Origin: Antedon mediterranea
Taxonomy: Eukaryota > Animalia > Echinodermata
Reading direction: 5' to 3'
Length of the DNA stretch: 64,000 bases
Assembly (NCBI RefSeq): GCF_964355755.1
Contig: NC_092678.1
Location: 22,213,365-22,277,364, forward strand
The notes under the pieces were generated by a model that saw only the letters and a list, made by a program, of their open reading frames with translations, searched no databases and was not told where the DNA came from. This document shows, piece after piece, positions 37,651-52,588 of the stretch; positions within the stretch are counted from its first letter, which is position 1, and every line of letters starts with the position of its first letter. Both the position numbers and the translations under genes were made by a program.

Positions 37651-39585
37651 TTGTCATAGAGGTTATTCTGTGGTGTTTTTGGGATAAGAAATGTTTAATG
37701 ATTATAAATGTATTTTTTAGTATTAAAATATTAAAGTTATTTAAGAATTAATAAATTACGTTGTGTATGTTGTTGTTTTCTTTGTGGCCTTCCATACATT
37801 TTTAATAATTGTGAGAAACATGTTTATATAATATTCGGACAGAGATGCGTTAAAAGCAAAATTAATATTGTATTATATCAATAATTAGAAAAAGTTCAAA
37901 CACATGACGTCATAATGAATATTTATACAATTTCTTGTTTTTTGTAGGGAAGTGTAGGGTAGATAATCGCCAATGTATAAACGAACCTTTATAGCTGATG
38001 ATTAAATTATTGGCACGATGTTAGGCCTACTTTTTAATTTTTTTGAAATAATATGCAAACATTATGATTGTGTATTTTAACTCAGGAAACATTTTGAAGT
38101 TTCAAACAGTAAGAATATATTGTTAAATAAAAAGATAAGGTACAATTAATATTCTTCTTTTGTGACGAGCGTGCATCCGTAAATTTATTCGGAAAAACTA
38201 AATCGCTATTTGCATTAATATAATTGACCTTTGTGGTTTGACGTGAATGCTTAGATCAAATTAAGAGTTAGTGCAATTAATTAAAATCACATCTAATGCC
38301 ATTGATGAAGATGACATCAATTATTACGTCACATACTGTATACGTTCTTATTTTTTGATATTATACAGGCCTAGAGGGTGGATATCAAAGTCTTAAAATA
38401 AAAAAAAATAAAAAAATATCGTTTGTATGGAAATGTTGATGAACGCGATCACAAATAAAGATAGTTTTTTTAAATTGATAATTACGATATAGATTGCGTA
38501 TGCACGTCGTTCAAGTTCGTGCGTAGTTCTGAAATTATTTGATTGAAATTTATCAACATGTGTTAATAATGACATCAATTTTGGCGTGAAGTTGACGATA
38601 AGAAGTAAACCAAGGCTCTAACGTATCCGAGATTCATCTCCGGGTAAGCGTATCCCCCCGGGAGGCGTTTGGACTTCTCAAAACCTGGTTCCTAATTTAG
38701 CAACTAATAGACAATTTCTAAATCTAATATTCAGTCACTCTCAGGGGATTCTATTAATTAGAAATGTTTGGTTGCTTCATTGCAAATAAATGATTACGGA
38801 ATGAAAATTCAGCGAAAAAAAAAAAGCAATGTGGTATAGTAAAGATTATTCCAAAAATATCTTTGTAATTAAACAGCTCATTTGAAAAATTAAAACCGCT
38901 GCAAATGATAACCTGAATAAAAAGGTTTTATCGTTGAATTCACAAGTTAAACATCTTAAAAATTTCGCCCTAAAGGCTGTAATTGTTTAACTTTTTAATT
39001 AGAAGTTGATAACATTTCTCCTTGATAAATAGGGATTTGCCCCAAAATATCCATGTTATAAATCTGAGAACGAATTAAGTTTGTTTTCATTAAACTTACA
39101 AGTAACTAAATTACAAATAATGCAAGAAAGAGCTGGGGGAACTTAATTACAAATCATGCAAGAAAGAGCTGGGCAACTAAATTCTATTTAGTGTGTGTAC
39201 GAAATTGTCTCATGAAAATCGAAGAAGCTTCGAAAGAAATAGAAAACAGACAATAAGAAATTAGCCAATTAAGAAACCACATACTCTGAATTGATCTTTG
39301 CACTTTGCGCTTAAGACACATCTGCTGTCGGCTGCTTTCAGCAATTTGTAAGATTTAATTTGTTTAGTTAGATACCCACATCACTGAGAACACCTGTGAG
39401 TTATGTACTGGCTGGTCTATGAACCTTAAATTGCTGGTAAACGGAAGCAGCGATGTGGGTTTGATTGGTCTTGTTTATTTTTTCGGTTTTTGTCAAATTT
39501 ATCAATTGTATTTAGGTTTAAGGTTTATATGTTTTCATGGTTTTTCACAAGCGCCTTGAGCACTTTAGTGATATGTGCGCTGTAT

Positions 39586-39620
39586 AAATCTTATTATTAT
39601 TATTATTATTATTATTATTT
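39586..39620 (+). repeat. (TAT)n microsatellite tail of an L2-type LINE/SINE 3' end
   Basis: Preceded by aagcgccttgagcac..gcgctgtataaatc, typical of L2-clade tails. Confidence 0.55.
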
Positions 39621-42414
39621 TGACCCCACCTTCTCGAAATTCTATCGATACCAACTTTATCACCTTCGATACAGATGCCTGCTGAGGAATATAAGTTATG
39701 CTTCCGAGATTCCCCCTTTCCATTCTTTTTTTATAAATCTTTGCACTATGCTTATTCATGTACGGTTTATGCATGTATGATGAATGGATATAAATAAAGA
39801 AAAGAAGAATAATTAGGTTATTATTTCAAAGGGTGTACTGCAAGTCACATTAGTGGATAACTGGGTCATGACATGTCATGTAGATGTCTTCCAACCCGTG
39901 ACAATATTTTGATTGATTATTGATTTTAATCGGATTAAATCAAATCAGCTACTTACCGTAACCTATTCAAATATATTCCGCGCAAAATTGGTTCAAAGAT
40001 TACCGAAAGTTATATCAAATGAATTTGTGAATTCTTTGTAACGGCTTCATCCAATATACATTCATTCGTCAATTAAAGCAATAATTACAACGCAATCCCC
40101 AGGCTAGATTACTTCCCATCAGAAGGCTACTCCTCTTGATAAAAGATAGCAAACTATTAATATATTTGTAGAAGTATATAGTGCAGATGGTAGTTATAGT
40201 TGAAGTAATGTTAAATAGACGAGCGGTAACGGTAAGCGGAAAACAAAATATAGAATATATGTTATTTCTTATGATCATTAAACACAAAACGCGGAGAGGA
40301 CGCCGGGTGGTTGAGCGGAAAGCCTCTCATCAGGAAGATAACGCGAAGTCCTCGAAAGTTCGTTTTTTTTCCTACTGCCAGTTTTTCATTTCTCAGCTTT
40401 TCCATTTTTATTGTCACGATGTATAAACTTCTTTTTAATTTGTTAGAGTTGTTTTATGTTTTAAGTATTACTAGTAGTGCTTATTTTGTATCGTATTCCA
40501 TTTTCTCAATTTTCTTTTATATTTTATGTTGATCGATATTGGAATAAAACTGTCAATGAAGACTGAAGAAAAAATGACTTCTCAATAAAAAAAACTTTTT
40601 TTTTTAAAGATAGGCTAAATTATTTGATTTTTTCTATAACTTGTGATAGATTATTTATATATGAAAGTATATAAAGTAATCTGTGTTTTCTAATATTTGA
40701 TTAACTCTGATAAACCAAAATAAAATAAAATGTTATATATTAGTCTCGCAATTGGCTGTCCAAATCGTTTATAACTTTCATAATGTTTGATTTAATTATA
40801 TCGAAATTTATTTCAAATGATTTTTTAAACAAACTTTCTCATCTTAAATTTGTTAATCTACTTTAATAAATTAATTTTAGTTCACAAACAACCTGTGAGA
40901 AAGAGAAGAAAGACAAAATTTTATCGCGGTATCTTAAAAGAAGACTGTTGTATTTACCGAGCAAACGCGGATTAATATTATTTTTGGGTCTTGGCGTAAT
41001 TAAAAATGAATTACGCACACGTTCGATAGTTACGGTCTTGTCACGTGATGATATTAAAAGCAGACGATTAGCTGATGCTTTCGATTACAAACAACGCCGT
41101 ATCTGTGAGTAATTAACACTCATCTAGACATTATTCGATACATGTAATGGGTAATATTAAACAAAATCTAGTCTTTCATCTGCATTCTATGAACCCTTTT
41201 ATTAACCAATTAAGAGATCGTCGTGGCAATAAATAGATTGGCGGGTAATAGCTGGTTTACAGGTATTCGCTCCAAGGCGCAATCAATCCGCAGCGGCGTA
41301 TTAATACGTTGCATTATCGCTGAGCCCTTCAGTGCTGTGTTATTGATTTTTGCAACATATAGTGAGATTTATGATTGTAGACAAACAAATTATATTTTAT
41401 AAATCATATTAAGATGGACTTGGATTATTGTTGAAATGCATTATTGACACAGTATGGCCAAATAGAGTGTGTGTTTAGGCCCGTTCGGGCTTAGCGCTTT
41501 ACCTGTGTAAGTTGGTTCAGACCCGGGTTACTATTGCATATTGTTCCGATCAATTTTCATGTTAAGTTAAAGGTGTAGGAGAGAAGAGTCTGACATCCAT
41601 TTAAATGGTGCACATTTTAACATTTCACATTCGTCCTTTCTGTCCGTACGCCACATGTTCCTTAGATCTTTTACAAGAGGCGTAAGCTGCGCTAGGGTAT
41701 CTCTGCATGTCTGAACACCCGATCTTTCCGAGAATGATCTAACCTCTCGGCCGTTCAACTCACCGAATTGCAAAGGACACTAATACTGCTAAATTGTAAT
41801 ACTTAATTTGCATATATTATATTTCATTAACAATAATCGTTAATGCTGTTTGTCTGTTGCAATTTCATGAAATAATTTCCAATTTTTATTTCATGTCACA
41901 GGAAATGTGCGTTCTGTGATTTAAGATGTAGCATTCGTTTCGACTGAAATTTTCCAGCCAATAAACAACTATTTCTTAACGGCTGTCCAAACTTTAAACG
42001 AGAACTATTAAAATCCAAGTAATCCGTACCAAAGCGCATTGGTGCATGCTGAGCGTTTGACGTTACAATAAAATAGCTGACTTTTTTTTATAAAATACAT
42101 ACAAAGAGTTTTATTACTATTACTGTTAAGAATTACGAACATCAAAAGGCAAGAACGCGGTCGTATATAACCTGAAATAGTACCAGTGTTTTATACACAA
42201 GGTATTTGTTTTATCGAACAACCAGGTCAAATGTCAGATCATCAATTACGGCGCGTTATGCGCACATTATTGAATAGAATATAACGTTGTCTAAAATGAT
42301 CAGTTTTTGTTTACTGCAAAATTAAATTTACTTTACACGTATGTGCCTTGTCTGTAATTCGTACGCGTACTTATGTTGTTATCAAACGATGAGTGAGTAC
42401 GCGCCCACTGTATG

Positions 42415-42610
42415 TTGGATGTCTGAAACGGAAGTGCGTACTGCGTGCAGTGTAAGTTGGGTTTAAAACGGAAGTGCGTGTGCGTGCAGTTTAAGTTAGG
42501 TCTGACACGGAAGCGCGTGCAGTTTAAGTTGGGTATTAAACGGAAGTGCATATGCGTGCAGTTTAAGTTGGGTCTAAAACGGAAGTGCGTACGCATGTAA
42601 TTTATGTTGG
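42415..42610. repeat. Tandem array, about 5 x 34-41 bp (aaacggaagtgcgt..tgcgtgcagtttaagttgggt)
   Basis: Directly visible repeats. Confidence 0.85.
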
Positions 42611-44844
42611 GTCTTATACCTGCATAATTTCTCAACCTGGATAATCTTTCATTTTTCTAAAACATATTTATTTTTATTTTTTTGGTCAATAATAATATTG
42701 TTCGTAATATGTTTTTCAACACTCGAATGCTTCCCATCGATGGATGTTATAGTGACTGTTGATGGATGATTCAACGGTATTCTGTTGATTAATGTTTATC
42801 TTATTATATTATTTTACATTTTTTAATAATAGTATCCAAAAAAATCACAAAATAACAACCTCATTAGCCACATGTCAAAAAGAAATGATGGAGTGATGTT
42901 ACGATCTTGTTACATTTAAAATCTTTGAATACAAGATTCAATAGTCTTTAACTACCTCTAGTCGTTCGTCTATTGTCATTAAAAGTAGCATTAATAAAGG
43001 ATTTTGTAAATGAGTACATGATAGAGATGGCCTGAGGATGTGTAATCTGCTTTCCTCGAGGGTCGGTTCAACAACACTCATCAATATCGCTTCCTATTAT
43101 ATTTCAATAGATATATTTAATATCTTTCTTTCAGTAATTACGTTTAAAAGATTAGTTGATTACGTAGAAGACATAATCTGTCGTTATAATGATAACAAAA
43201 AAGTTTTACAATTTAATTTTACCAAACTCATACGAATCTAATATAATTTTGGTTTTTATAAAATGTTATATTATAATGACTACGTCAAATACAAGTTTGC
43301 TTAATCAATAACAACGATTTGTTTTTTTGTTTAAGTAGTGAAATACTATACTGTATTATAACTTATTGATTATTTATAACAATTATGATTAATTATATAT
43401 TATTAATGGATTGAAATTGTAGCTTATTTAATTCAATGGCACAACTATCATTTTATTCATCCGAACGTTCTTTTCTTTGTCTTTTTGTTTAATTTGAAGT
43501 TAATTTATTAATGAAAACATTCGACAATTAATCCTTCTTCATCAACAAAACATGTTACGTAATAGAGATGAAAATGTTTAATTTATTTCTTTTTAGCTCG
43601 CCAACACTAAGTAGATCATAACAATGACGAGCGCGGACAAAAGTTGATAATTATAATATACATTTTTGTACGCGCGCGTCCGCGTACAAGCTTTGATAAC
43701 AATACATAATACATGTTTTTGTACGCGCGCGTAACTATCGCGTCATGACGGCACATTTCATGAGGTGCCGACACTTTAATAACATAAATATTCAAATGAT
43801 TATTTTTGCCCAAAGGTCCACTTAAAATTTCCGAGTAAAAAAAGTGTAATGTACGTTTTAATTTAAAAAGAACTGCGCTCTTCCGTCGGTGATTATTTTG
43901 AGCAGTTTTATGTCATGGTCAGTTACACTATACATCAATAATGATAATTATATCTGATAATAATCAAATTTAGAAAGTATAAAAATATTAAGTCATTTAA
44001 TGGTACAGTATTAAATTGAAATATCGCTTATGACTTGTCTCTTCTGGTGATATCTTGTCACACATTAAACTCTATACGTGTTTGATTCAACTATAAACTG
44101 ATTCAATATTAATATGATTTATCCGGTGTATCACATTAGAAGTGAGTAAGAAGACTGAACAAGTAGGCCTGACAACTTTTAGTCAAAATAAAGCTTGGGT
44201 GGGTGAGACAGTGGTAATAATTTTAGGATAAGAGTGTTTATGTCTTGACAGAAGAGGTAAAAGAACTTCTTTTAAAGGACACCTTCAGGAAGTGCCCTCC
44301 TATAAAAATGAGGTGTCCCTCAATAATGAGGTGTCCTCAGAATAATGGGGGTGTCCTGTGAATAATGGGGGTGTACCCTGAATAATATGGTCTCCCCTGA
44401 ATATGGGGTGTCCTCAAAATAATATTGTATCGTCTGAATAATAGGGTTTTCAGTATTATATACATCACTGACCATTACAATATTGACAATCTTTATTTTA
44501 TTGAAGCATAGTACGATATATTCCCTTTCAACACGAGTGTTTGGCGGACTAATTACGGACATGATTGGTTTTTTATTGAATCGCTTCACTATGGTGTTTG
44601 TTACAAGTGGTAGCAATTAGCAGAGACCAGTATTGATATTCGTTATGAGGCTGTTTGGGTCGATATTCTATTTACATTGCAAAAGTATTCAATCTCGAGT
44701 CTTCGTCGTCAAACATCAAACATGTTGATAGAGATGAGATTTAACTCGATGATTTAATTCGTAACTTCTGAGTGGGTTTCTTTTTTAGCGTATTTTTCGT
44801 TAAGTTTTTATTGATTCGCTGCTCTATTACATTGGTAAAGGAAT

Positions 44845-45410
44845 TCAGGTCTTGAAGCGCCAATCCGTTAAAAAATTCATAGTTTAGGTATTGAGTTTAA
44901 GTACACTAGTTCTCTATTGAATTTTGAATTAAGAAATAAATCATCACGTAATAGATTAAATTCATCAGCATATTTACATGAAACTGTTAAATTGCCTTGT
45001 TTCATTAAACACAAAGCTTAAATTAAACAGTTGTATTTCAGGTCTTGGTGGAGAGCCAAATCGTTAAGAAATGTAAAGTTTTGTAGCTACAATAGTTCTC
45101 TATTGAATTTTTAATTAAGAAACAAAACATCATCACGTAATAGACTAAATTCATCTATTTAAATGAAACTGTTAGATTTTCCTTGCTTCATTAAACAAAA
45201 AACTTAAATTAAACAGTTACAGTACTGTATTTCAGGTCTTGGAGAGCTAAACCGTTAAGGAATGTAGAGTTTTGTAGGTACAATAGTTCTCTATTAAATT
45301 TTGAATTAAGAAATAAATCATCACTTAATAGATTAAATTCATCTATTTAAATGAAACTGTTAAATTGTTCTTGTTCCATTAAACCAAAATCTTAAATTAA
45401 ACAGTTACTA
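44845..45410. repeat. Tandem repeat, 3 x about 185 bp
   Basis: ttcaggtcttg..cgttaa..agttctctatt..aattaagaaa..catcac.taataga.taaattcatc..atgaaactgtta..cttaaattaaacagtt seen three times. Confidence 0.85.
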
Positions 45411-45971
45411 TAATTATGTCAGGGTTTTAAACAAGAATAACGGTAACATATCTTTGAAAGTCAAACACACGTTATTTCAGAATCTGTTAATTATAATATC
45501 TGTACCTAACAGTATCGTTTGAATATGTCATATCTAACTATGTAGGATATTAATTTTGAGATAACATCCATTAAAAGGGGTTACATACCGATAGCGTAGA
45601 TTCTTGCTAAATAATCTAAATATTTTAGAGCATTTGGCTTCAGATTTCATTCTTAATTGATTTCAAACGAAGAATATATAACCGTTGATTCCATTATCAA
45701 CTATATTCAGAGATATGACATAATCTGTTTGTTTACCATATTGTCATTATTAATCAATGAATCAATCTAGTATTCGCAACATTGGTTTATTTTCCTCAAT
45801 ATTCTCATTTATTTAAATAGCCCTATAATTATTGAATGTGTCAAATTTATCAAACCTGCTTTGAAAAAAATTATCTTAACTTATCGCGAATCTGTATTAA
45901 ATTATTATCCTGTTGGTGCAGAGTACCGAAGGTGTCTGCTTCCTCTGACCCGAATACAACCCTAGCCATCA

Positions 45972-46045
45972 GCATAAGCTCAGTGGTCTAGAGGTATGGA
46001 TGCCAGGGTAGTGATTTGGAAGTTGTGAGTTCGAATCTTCCCTGA
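45972..46045 (+). pseudogene. Degenerate tRNA-like SINE head
   Basis: agctcagtggtctagagg..gtgagttcgaatct A/B boxes without a full cloverleaf; a similar minus-strand head lies at 53098-53170. Confidence 0.45.
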
Positions 46046-46993
46046 TTCTCAAATTACTTAGTACACAGTAAAATTACGTGGTGGAAAACATCTGACCGAT
46101 TATCTTAACTTTTGGTAATATATAATTTCAAAATAACTTAACAAATATAGATTTCTTAGATTTAAACAAATCCCGTTCTCTAAGATAAAATGAATTAGTT
46201 TGATAAATACATTTTAAGTTTTCCAATTAAGTATTGTTGAACTATTTTGACTTTAAAACAAATATAATGATAAATGTTAGCTAGAGAAGATGGATAAAGA
46301 ATAAAATTAGAAAATGAATAAGGAAGAAACGAAATTGGCTAGGAATGAAAATGGGAAAGAAAGTGGATTAGAACAAGCGAAGAGTTGGCATTTCAGTAAA
46401 CCATCCTGGTAGAAAGGTCGTATATAGAATAATTAACCTATTACACACTGAATATTAATGGAATGTAAAGAAATGTTAGATGAAAATCTATCTGAAGTTT
46501 CTTTACATTTTCCTTTTTGTGCTTTTAAATTGCTATACTTTAATATTTAGCCTATAGTTTTCACTTTGTAGTATTTCTTTTGTACTTAATAGTTTTACTG
46601 CGTGTTTGAAGTTTTGTCAATTCTGTTTATTGCGATATTTTCTACATGAATATTTATGTTTTAGACTTGTGTACGTTGCTAAAATACTAACCACTACACA
46701 AAGTTTAAAATACCTTACGGAGTATAACATTAAACCTGATTGAAAGTATAAATGAATATATAGCATAGCAAACTACCTAAGTTGCTGAAAAATATACAAA
46801 CTTCCCAAAATATGCCAATATTAAAAATCTTTTGGAAATAATAAAATCTTTCCATTAGTTCGTACAATGATTGTTACTTCAAAACACCAAATCAATATTT
46901 TATGTTGAAGAAATCATTAGTATTAGTATAAAAAAGTATTAGTAAATCTCTGAAATAATTATAGAAATAATTAGAAAAGATAAAAGTACTTAC

Positions 46994-47150
46994 ATTTGAC
47001 TTTCTATTTCTTAGATAGGTAGGCCTATTCACAATCTGCGGACAAAATAATCAGACGATGCGCTTCTTTCTCTGTATTACCTGAATTCTTGCGCGCTTCA
47101 TTTTAAACAGATGATGCACATGAATTATTCATGTTTCTTAAACCACGCCC
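46994..47150 (-). promoter_or_regulatory. Candidate promoter and non-coding first exon of the neuropeptide precursor gene
   Basis: On the minus strand: GC box gggcgtgg (47143-47150), TTTAAAA near 47101-47107, an approximately 90-nt non-coding stretch, then the consensus donor |gtaagt at 46993-46988. The coding exon at 35863 begins with an acceptor, so an upstream exon must exist somewhere. Confidence 0.3.
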
Positions 47151-49206
47151 ATTTCTTCACTACGCGTTTCAAGACAGCGAATAGAAAACTACCTTCTCAT
47201 ACGTCTCAATTTTGGAATACTTTCCGAAACGTCATACCCTGGTGGCGTATCTGCACTGGGGCGTAAACATCGGAGTATAATAAGTGTGTAATTGTTTTGC
47301 AAATAAGTCTTGGTGAAATCTTGATTTTTCCCAGCATAACTCCAGGGGGAAAGCAGACTTAATAACTGCGTTTGTATGACATCATTTTGGCGGCCTTGAT
47401 GTCCACAACACTGCGAATGATCTGTTATTGTTCATTTTGAACAAACAACAGTCAGACGTAGCATAGCTGCAAACTATGTGTTAACATTATTAAATTGATG
47501 TTTTTTGTTGATCTTGGCTCAATTTGGCAAGTTTGTTTTTGAATCTAATTTAACTAGCAAAGATTACAAAGAAGTTATTTGTTTGTTGGTAATAAACAAT
47601 TGTATACTCCCTCCCACTAAATGTTAATACGTAAAGTGGGGTGGTAGAACATGATGTTGCTGAACTTTGCGATTGGCTGAATTTATTATTTTTTATAAGC
47701 AAACTTATTTGAGAAAGGAGGAACTCTTATCCACTTGAAAAATTGTTGTTCATATCATCAGATCGAAACAACAACAAAGAAAAAATATAATAGGAATTAT
47801 AATTATCAATATGTTCACCACATAATAATTGTGGTTCTCTGGAGATAGAAATTTAATAGCTCTATGTGTCTATTTCCAAATTAAGTAAAGAACCTCAGAT
47901 TTCTTACAGTTTTTAAACTAACAATTCTTATACAGTTATAAAAATAAATAAATGTAAATATATAATTTAATTTTATAGTCAGATTTGAAAGATTGCCAAT
48001 CTTCATATTAAATATTAATGTCATTGAAATACATTAGAATTAGCAAATGTGTTCAAAATGAAGAGAACTCTTGTTGAAATATTCAAAGTAAGATACAATG
48101 GTCAGAGAGAGATTACGAGTAGAAAAAGAACGTTATTATGCAAATGTAATCTACTGCGACGATTGTCAATTTGACCTCGAGGTCAATTTTAAGATGAACT
48201 CATTTTCTTTCCTATTCCCTGAAATGACGTTGTGTAAATGAACAGAAAAACAACAATGTATATTTTCTTACAGAATGAAAATAGTTTTAGAATCCTCGTC
48301 AAATGTAATAATAATACAAAGATTAATTTATTTGTATACTTAAAACAGTTATTGGTAATGACTGTAAAATTTTGATTAACTGGTTTGATTAGCAGTGGCC
48401 CTCGGGAAATTCTCACAATGGATCGTGTCAGACCGCAACGAAGGTTAAGTAAAGTGCATGTTTAATTATCGTATACCTAAAACAGTTTGAGTTCACACCT
48501 ACGTGAAGTCAGTGCACACCCCGCCACCACCCCACGCAAACGGTCACGTATCCAATTTAAAAACGTGGGCGCTGCTGACATTCTATAGAAAGACCTTCAT
48601 TTTTTGTTTGCAAACGTGCAGTTAAGCTAAATGTTTTCGTTTTTGCACCACTCTCTAGCAACTTGGCGAAAACGTCAGCAATTTGACGGCGCTCAAGACG
48701 CTAACCTCCTTTGTACGCCGCGTTAACTTAACGTCTTTATGATGTCGTTGACAACATATGACGTCAATAGTATATCGGATTTACATTTATTAATTTTTAA
48801 AAAATTTTTAAATTTACTTTAATAAAGTTATTTTTCATTGCGATATGTTTAATATTCATCTCGGATAAAATTCATAGGGTGGGTGTTTCACGGGAAGTCT
48901 ACAATTATTTATTGATTTATAAAGGTGCCGAATAATTGTTTCAAGCAGTCTATAATTTGTATTAGTGATTGTTACGTCATTAACAACACTTACAAGGTAG
49001 AAAAATTACTGTGATGAATATGAGCCCATTAATCCCAAGTTTTAACTGCAGCACCTTACTCTTTAAACTCTGTATTGTTACGTAAATTTGTAAACCAATA
49101 ATATATGTAATAATTGTTCTAAACAATGTAAGCCAATACAAATTTAAAACATGTTTAATTTTTAAATGACGTACACCACGCGTACACAAACCATCAGGGA
49201 TGCGTA

Positions 49207-49312
49207 AAGGCCGATTTACACAGACGAGCGGTATCAGTAATAAAAATATAGAATCTATGTTATTCCTTATGAACCTTTAAAACACTCATGATACCACTCG
49301 TCTGTGTAAATT
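49207..49312. mobile_element. MITE family D (TIR-like ..atttacacagacgagcggt..)
   Basis: atttacacagacgagcggtatc / gataccactcgtctgtgtaaat inverted pair; relatives at 63149-63336 and 40205-40330. Confidence 0.65.
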
Positions 49313-50384
49313 GACAGGTCGTAAACGCAAGCTGTTGAACGCGCGTGCAGATATCGTATTAGATTTGAAAGCGCGCGTACAAATATCCTATCAAATTGAA
49401 CGCGCGCGTACAAATGTCGTATCAGAATTTGAACGCGGTTGTAAAATGTAGTTTGTTTGTGATGACAAATATGAATTTATTGGAGATTGTAATGTTACTA
49501 TATTCATCTCTTAATTTCGTCATCACATCATTAATTAAAGATGAACTATGTAACAAGATGCGAGATATATACATTAATGCTGTTCTTGTCTTTCTCTCTA
49601 GTAATCTTGTTAGAAGTTATTCAGTTATGATTTAATACACAGAATTAATGTGATTTTTTTGTAAAGTATGTTAATAAATTGAAATAATTCCCCAGTGACT
49701 TGATCCGGCTCGAACACCCTTCTCTTTTGTATATAAATAATAATTAACAACAGCAAAAAGAGATCATAGAAAACTGTATGAAATTAAAAATATACATTTA
49801 ATACATTTATACAGGCATAATTATAATAACATCAATTAAATAATTTTTTTAAACAAATATCAATGCTTATACTTATGTAAAATAATAAATAAACTTACGA
49901 TTTATTCGAAAAACATCATGCAAAGTCTTTATCCAAACATACATACATATTGTTTTTGCAATTAGACTTAGCGATAATGTTGTGATGATCGTTAAAGTTC
50001 ACGGTTACACCTATTTTCCCTATCTTCCTTTTATCAATTAACTTGGTATTTTTACATTGGGAAATTGATGAGATTCGCAACAGAATGTTGTTGGTTATCG
50101 GTTTTAAAAGTTTCTTGATCTTAGATATCTAGTAGAAATAAAGGATATGCGTGTTGTTGTTGATACAATGTGCATATTGTTTATGTTATAACCTCTGAGT
50201 TAATAACATATAATAAATAAGACTGTAAGATGTTGGGAAACTGTTTTTTTTTTACTTTCAAGTTTATACTTAGCAAACATTATTATTGTTAGTAGTCTCT
50301 GATTTATCATAAAATACTATTTGCTATGATGCGGTATTTTTGGATTGAGTATTGTTCGATGGCACCATAAAAACAGATGTCGTC

Positions 50385-50645
50385 GGGCGCGTTCAAATGT
50401 TGATAATAATGATACGACTTTTGTACGCGCGCGTTCAAGTACTGTAAGTAATTATGACTTTCGACGCGCAAGTTCAAATGTTGATAATAATGAAATGTCA
50501 TTTGTACGCGCGCGTTCAAGTACTGTATACGGTAAGTAATTAAGACTTGCGACGCGCGCGTTCAAATGTTGATAATAATTAAACGGTTTATGTACGCGTG
50601 CGTTTAAATGATAATATAACGATAGGCTTTTCTACGCGCGCGTAT
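50385..50645. repeat. Diverged array related to the 39-bp minisatellite
   Basis: Repeated ttgtacgcgcgcgttcaa(a/g)t..gttgataataat units; related patches at 49330-49440 (reverse), 43660-43745 and 33740-33900. Confidence 0.75.
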
Positions 50646-52588
50646 TATGATAATACGGAGTACGGCGGTACGTGCTAGTTGGTCAGAATTGCTTAAATAA
50701 ACAAAAGTTATTCTGTGGAGCAATAATAAATTCTTATGCTTTTGCAGGAGAAACCCCTAGAGATGCTTTTTCCAAGGTTGTTATGAAAAGTTGCGTACAA
50801 CTTGTTAGCAGTAAAATTTTTAGTACATATATCGTATTACTTGAGAGAAGAAATTATATTTAGAACGTAAAAATCACCGAAGCTTAGAAATTTGCATATT
50901 GTTTCAAGCATTATTATATTATTGAGGCTTGTGAATTCAGTGCTTTTAACTTGCTGAGGTTAAACAATTAAGAATCAGATAAAATAGCGAGTCTGCTTAT
51001 TTCAGAAGCTTGGTTAATCTGTATGTAAAGATTTAGTCGGTTAGTAAAGATTATGGAAAGGGACATTGAAAAAGAAACGATGGCGCCTAAAATTGACCTT
51101 TTTTGCTTTGTATTTCTTACATTACCGGACGACTTGTTCTACATCTATAAGAGGAAAACAAATCTACCGAGATATTTTTCAATGGATTGAATGCAGCATT
51201 TAGAAAAAATGAGAACCTTAGATTCTTGGTTCTACTAGGAAGCAACTACATACTAAGTATTGTGTCCAGTGGACACAGACCTTTAGGCTAACAAGAAATG
51301 CATGACTCTGCATGCACTTCTCACCAAAAACAATCATAAACAGTCACAAACGCAAGTAGGCCTACATCTACCGGTGCTACATCCCGTAACATGCATAATT
51401 TATTGCCTGCGGTGGCATTCAAATAAATCGGGGCGTATAACTGATATCCAAAGATATACCGATATGTTTGTCAAGATGAAACCTTTTAAGTGATTTTGGT
51501 ATAAACACAATTTACCATACACAATGAGGGTGTGTATGTGTATAAAGAACATTAGTGCTCAGTGATAAGACAAATCACATCAATGTATATTCCACACCCT
51601 AATTGTAAACTAGGATAAGACATATAAAACGTACTGAGCCCTGCTTACGTCATATAGAGATCTAATTATACATACTAAAAATCATATTAGTCCACACCAT
51701 AAATTCTTGTGAACTCGCATCTGTTACCACTTGTTGTTAATTGCATTCGAGATCTTATACAACAAGGTATATGTTAAAGTAACACTGCCTTTTATGTGAC
51801 GTATAACAAGTAATTATTTCTTCCTTAATCTAAACCAGAGATACTAAATATCCATAAGTAACTATTATAACATATTTAGCGTTTTGAGGCGTGTGCTCTA
51901 AAGTAAATTAAGGGCCTGTGCACAAGTCTATAGGTATTTCCATACAATATTTCTTTAAACGAGATTATTCCATTGTTAAATAATCTCAAGTATTGAGGTT
52001 GGTGCTTAATAGTTCTTAAGTGTAAATTGCCAGGTTCATTACTCTCCCTATGAAACGTCGGTAGTGTCATTATCTGCAAAATCATATTAATTAAAACACT
52101 GTTTAGTTTATTTGTAATTGTAGAATGTTTGTTGCCATCCAATCAAGGCTCATACGTTTCTTAATGACTAAGGTGCCGAACCGATTACCTCTGGACTATT
52201 TTCTATACCGTTTGTACACCGATAAATTAAAACCCTTAGCGCGTTTCATACGTTGTTGAGTGGCGGACGCTTCTTTTTTTCAGTACTTGGATGTATCATC
52301 AGCAATATAAACTCATTAGTTGATGCATCGAGATTACACTTAATAATTATTATTAGATTAATAGAGAGAGCGAACCATCCACATGTCAATATTTGTATTG
52401 AATCAGTGGATACTGTGTTATTATGGTTGTAGTTCGTTGAGAGGAAGATCAATAAAATATAAATTATGAAATTACAACTATAGTTCTATAATTAGCAATA
52501 TTCTAATGAATAAAAACTATATATTCATCGTCTCAACAACATTTTGTCATGCGGTATTCTTTGGTATCCGTTCGTCGTCAGTGTATAA

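Noticed and set aside
37223-37659. ORFs of 78-144 aa on both strands
   Set aside because: Artefacts of a 39-bp (13-codon) tandem repeat lacking stops.
41763-41813. Minus-strand MQIKYYNLAVLVSFAIR followed by gtgagt, a possible signal-peptide exon
   Set aside because: Phase 2 does not fit the phase-1 acceptor at 32734, and the exon at 35743-35860 fits much better.
51876-52142. ORF containing NNGIISFKEIL, reminiscent of the LINE ORF2 C-terminal region
   Set aside because: A single short similarity with no other RT or CCHC motifs nearby.
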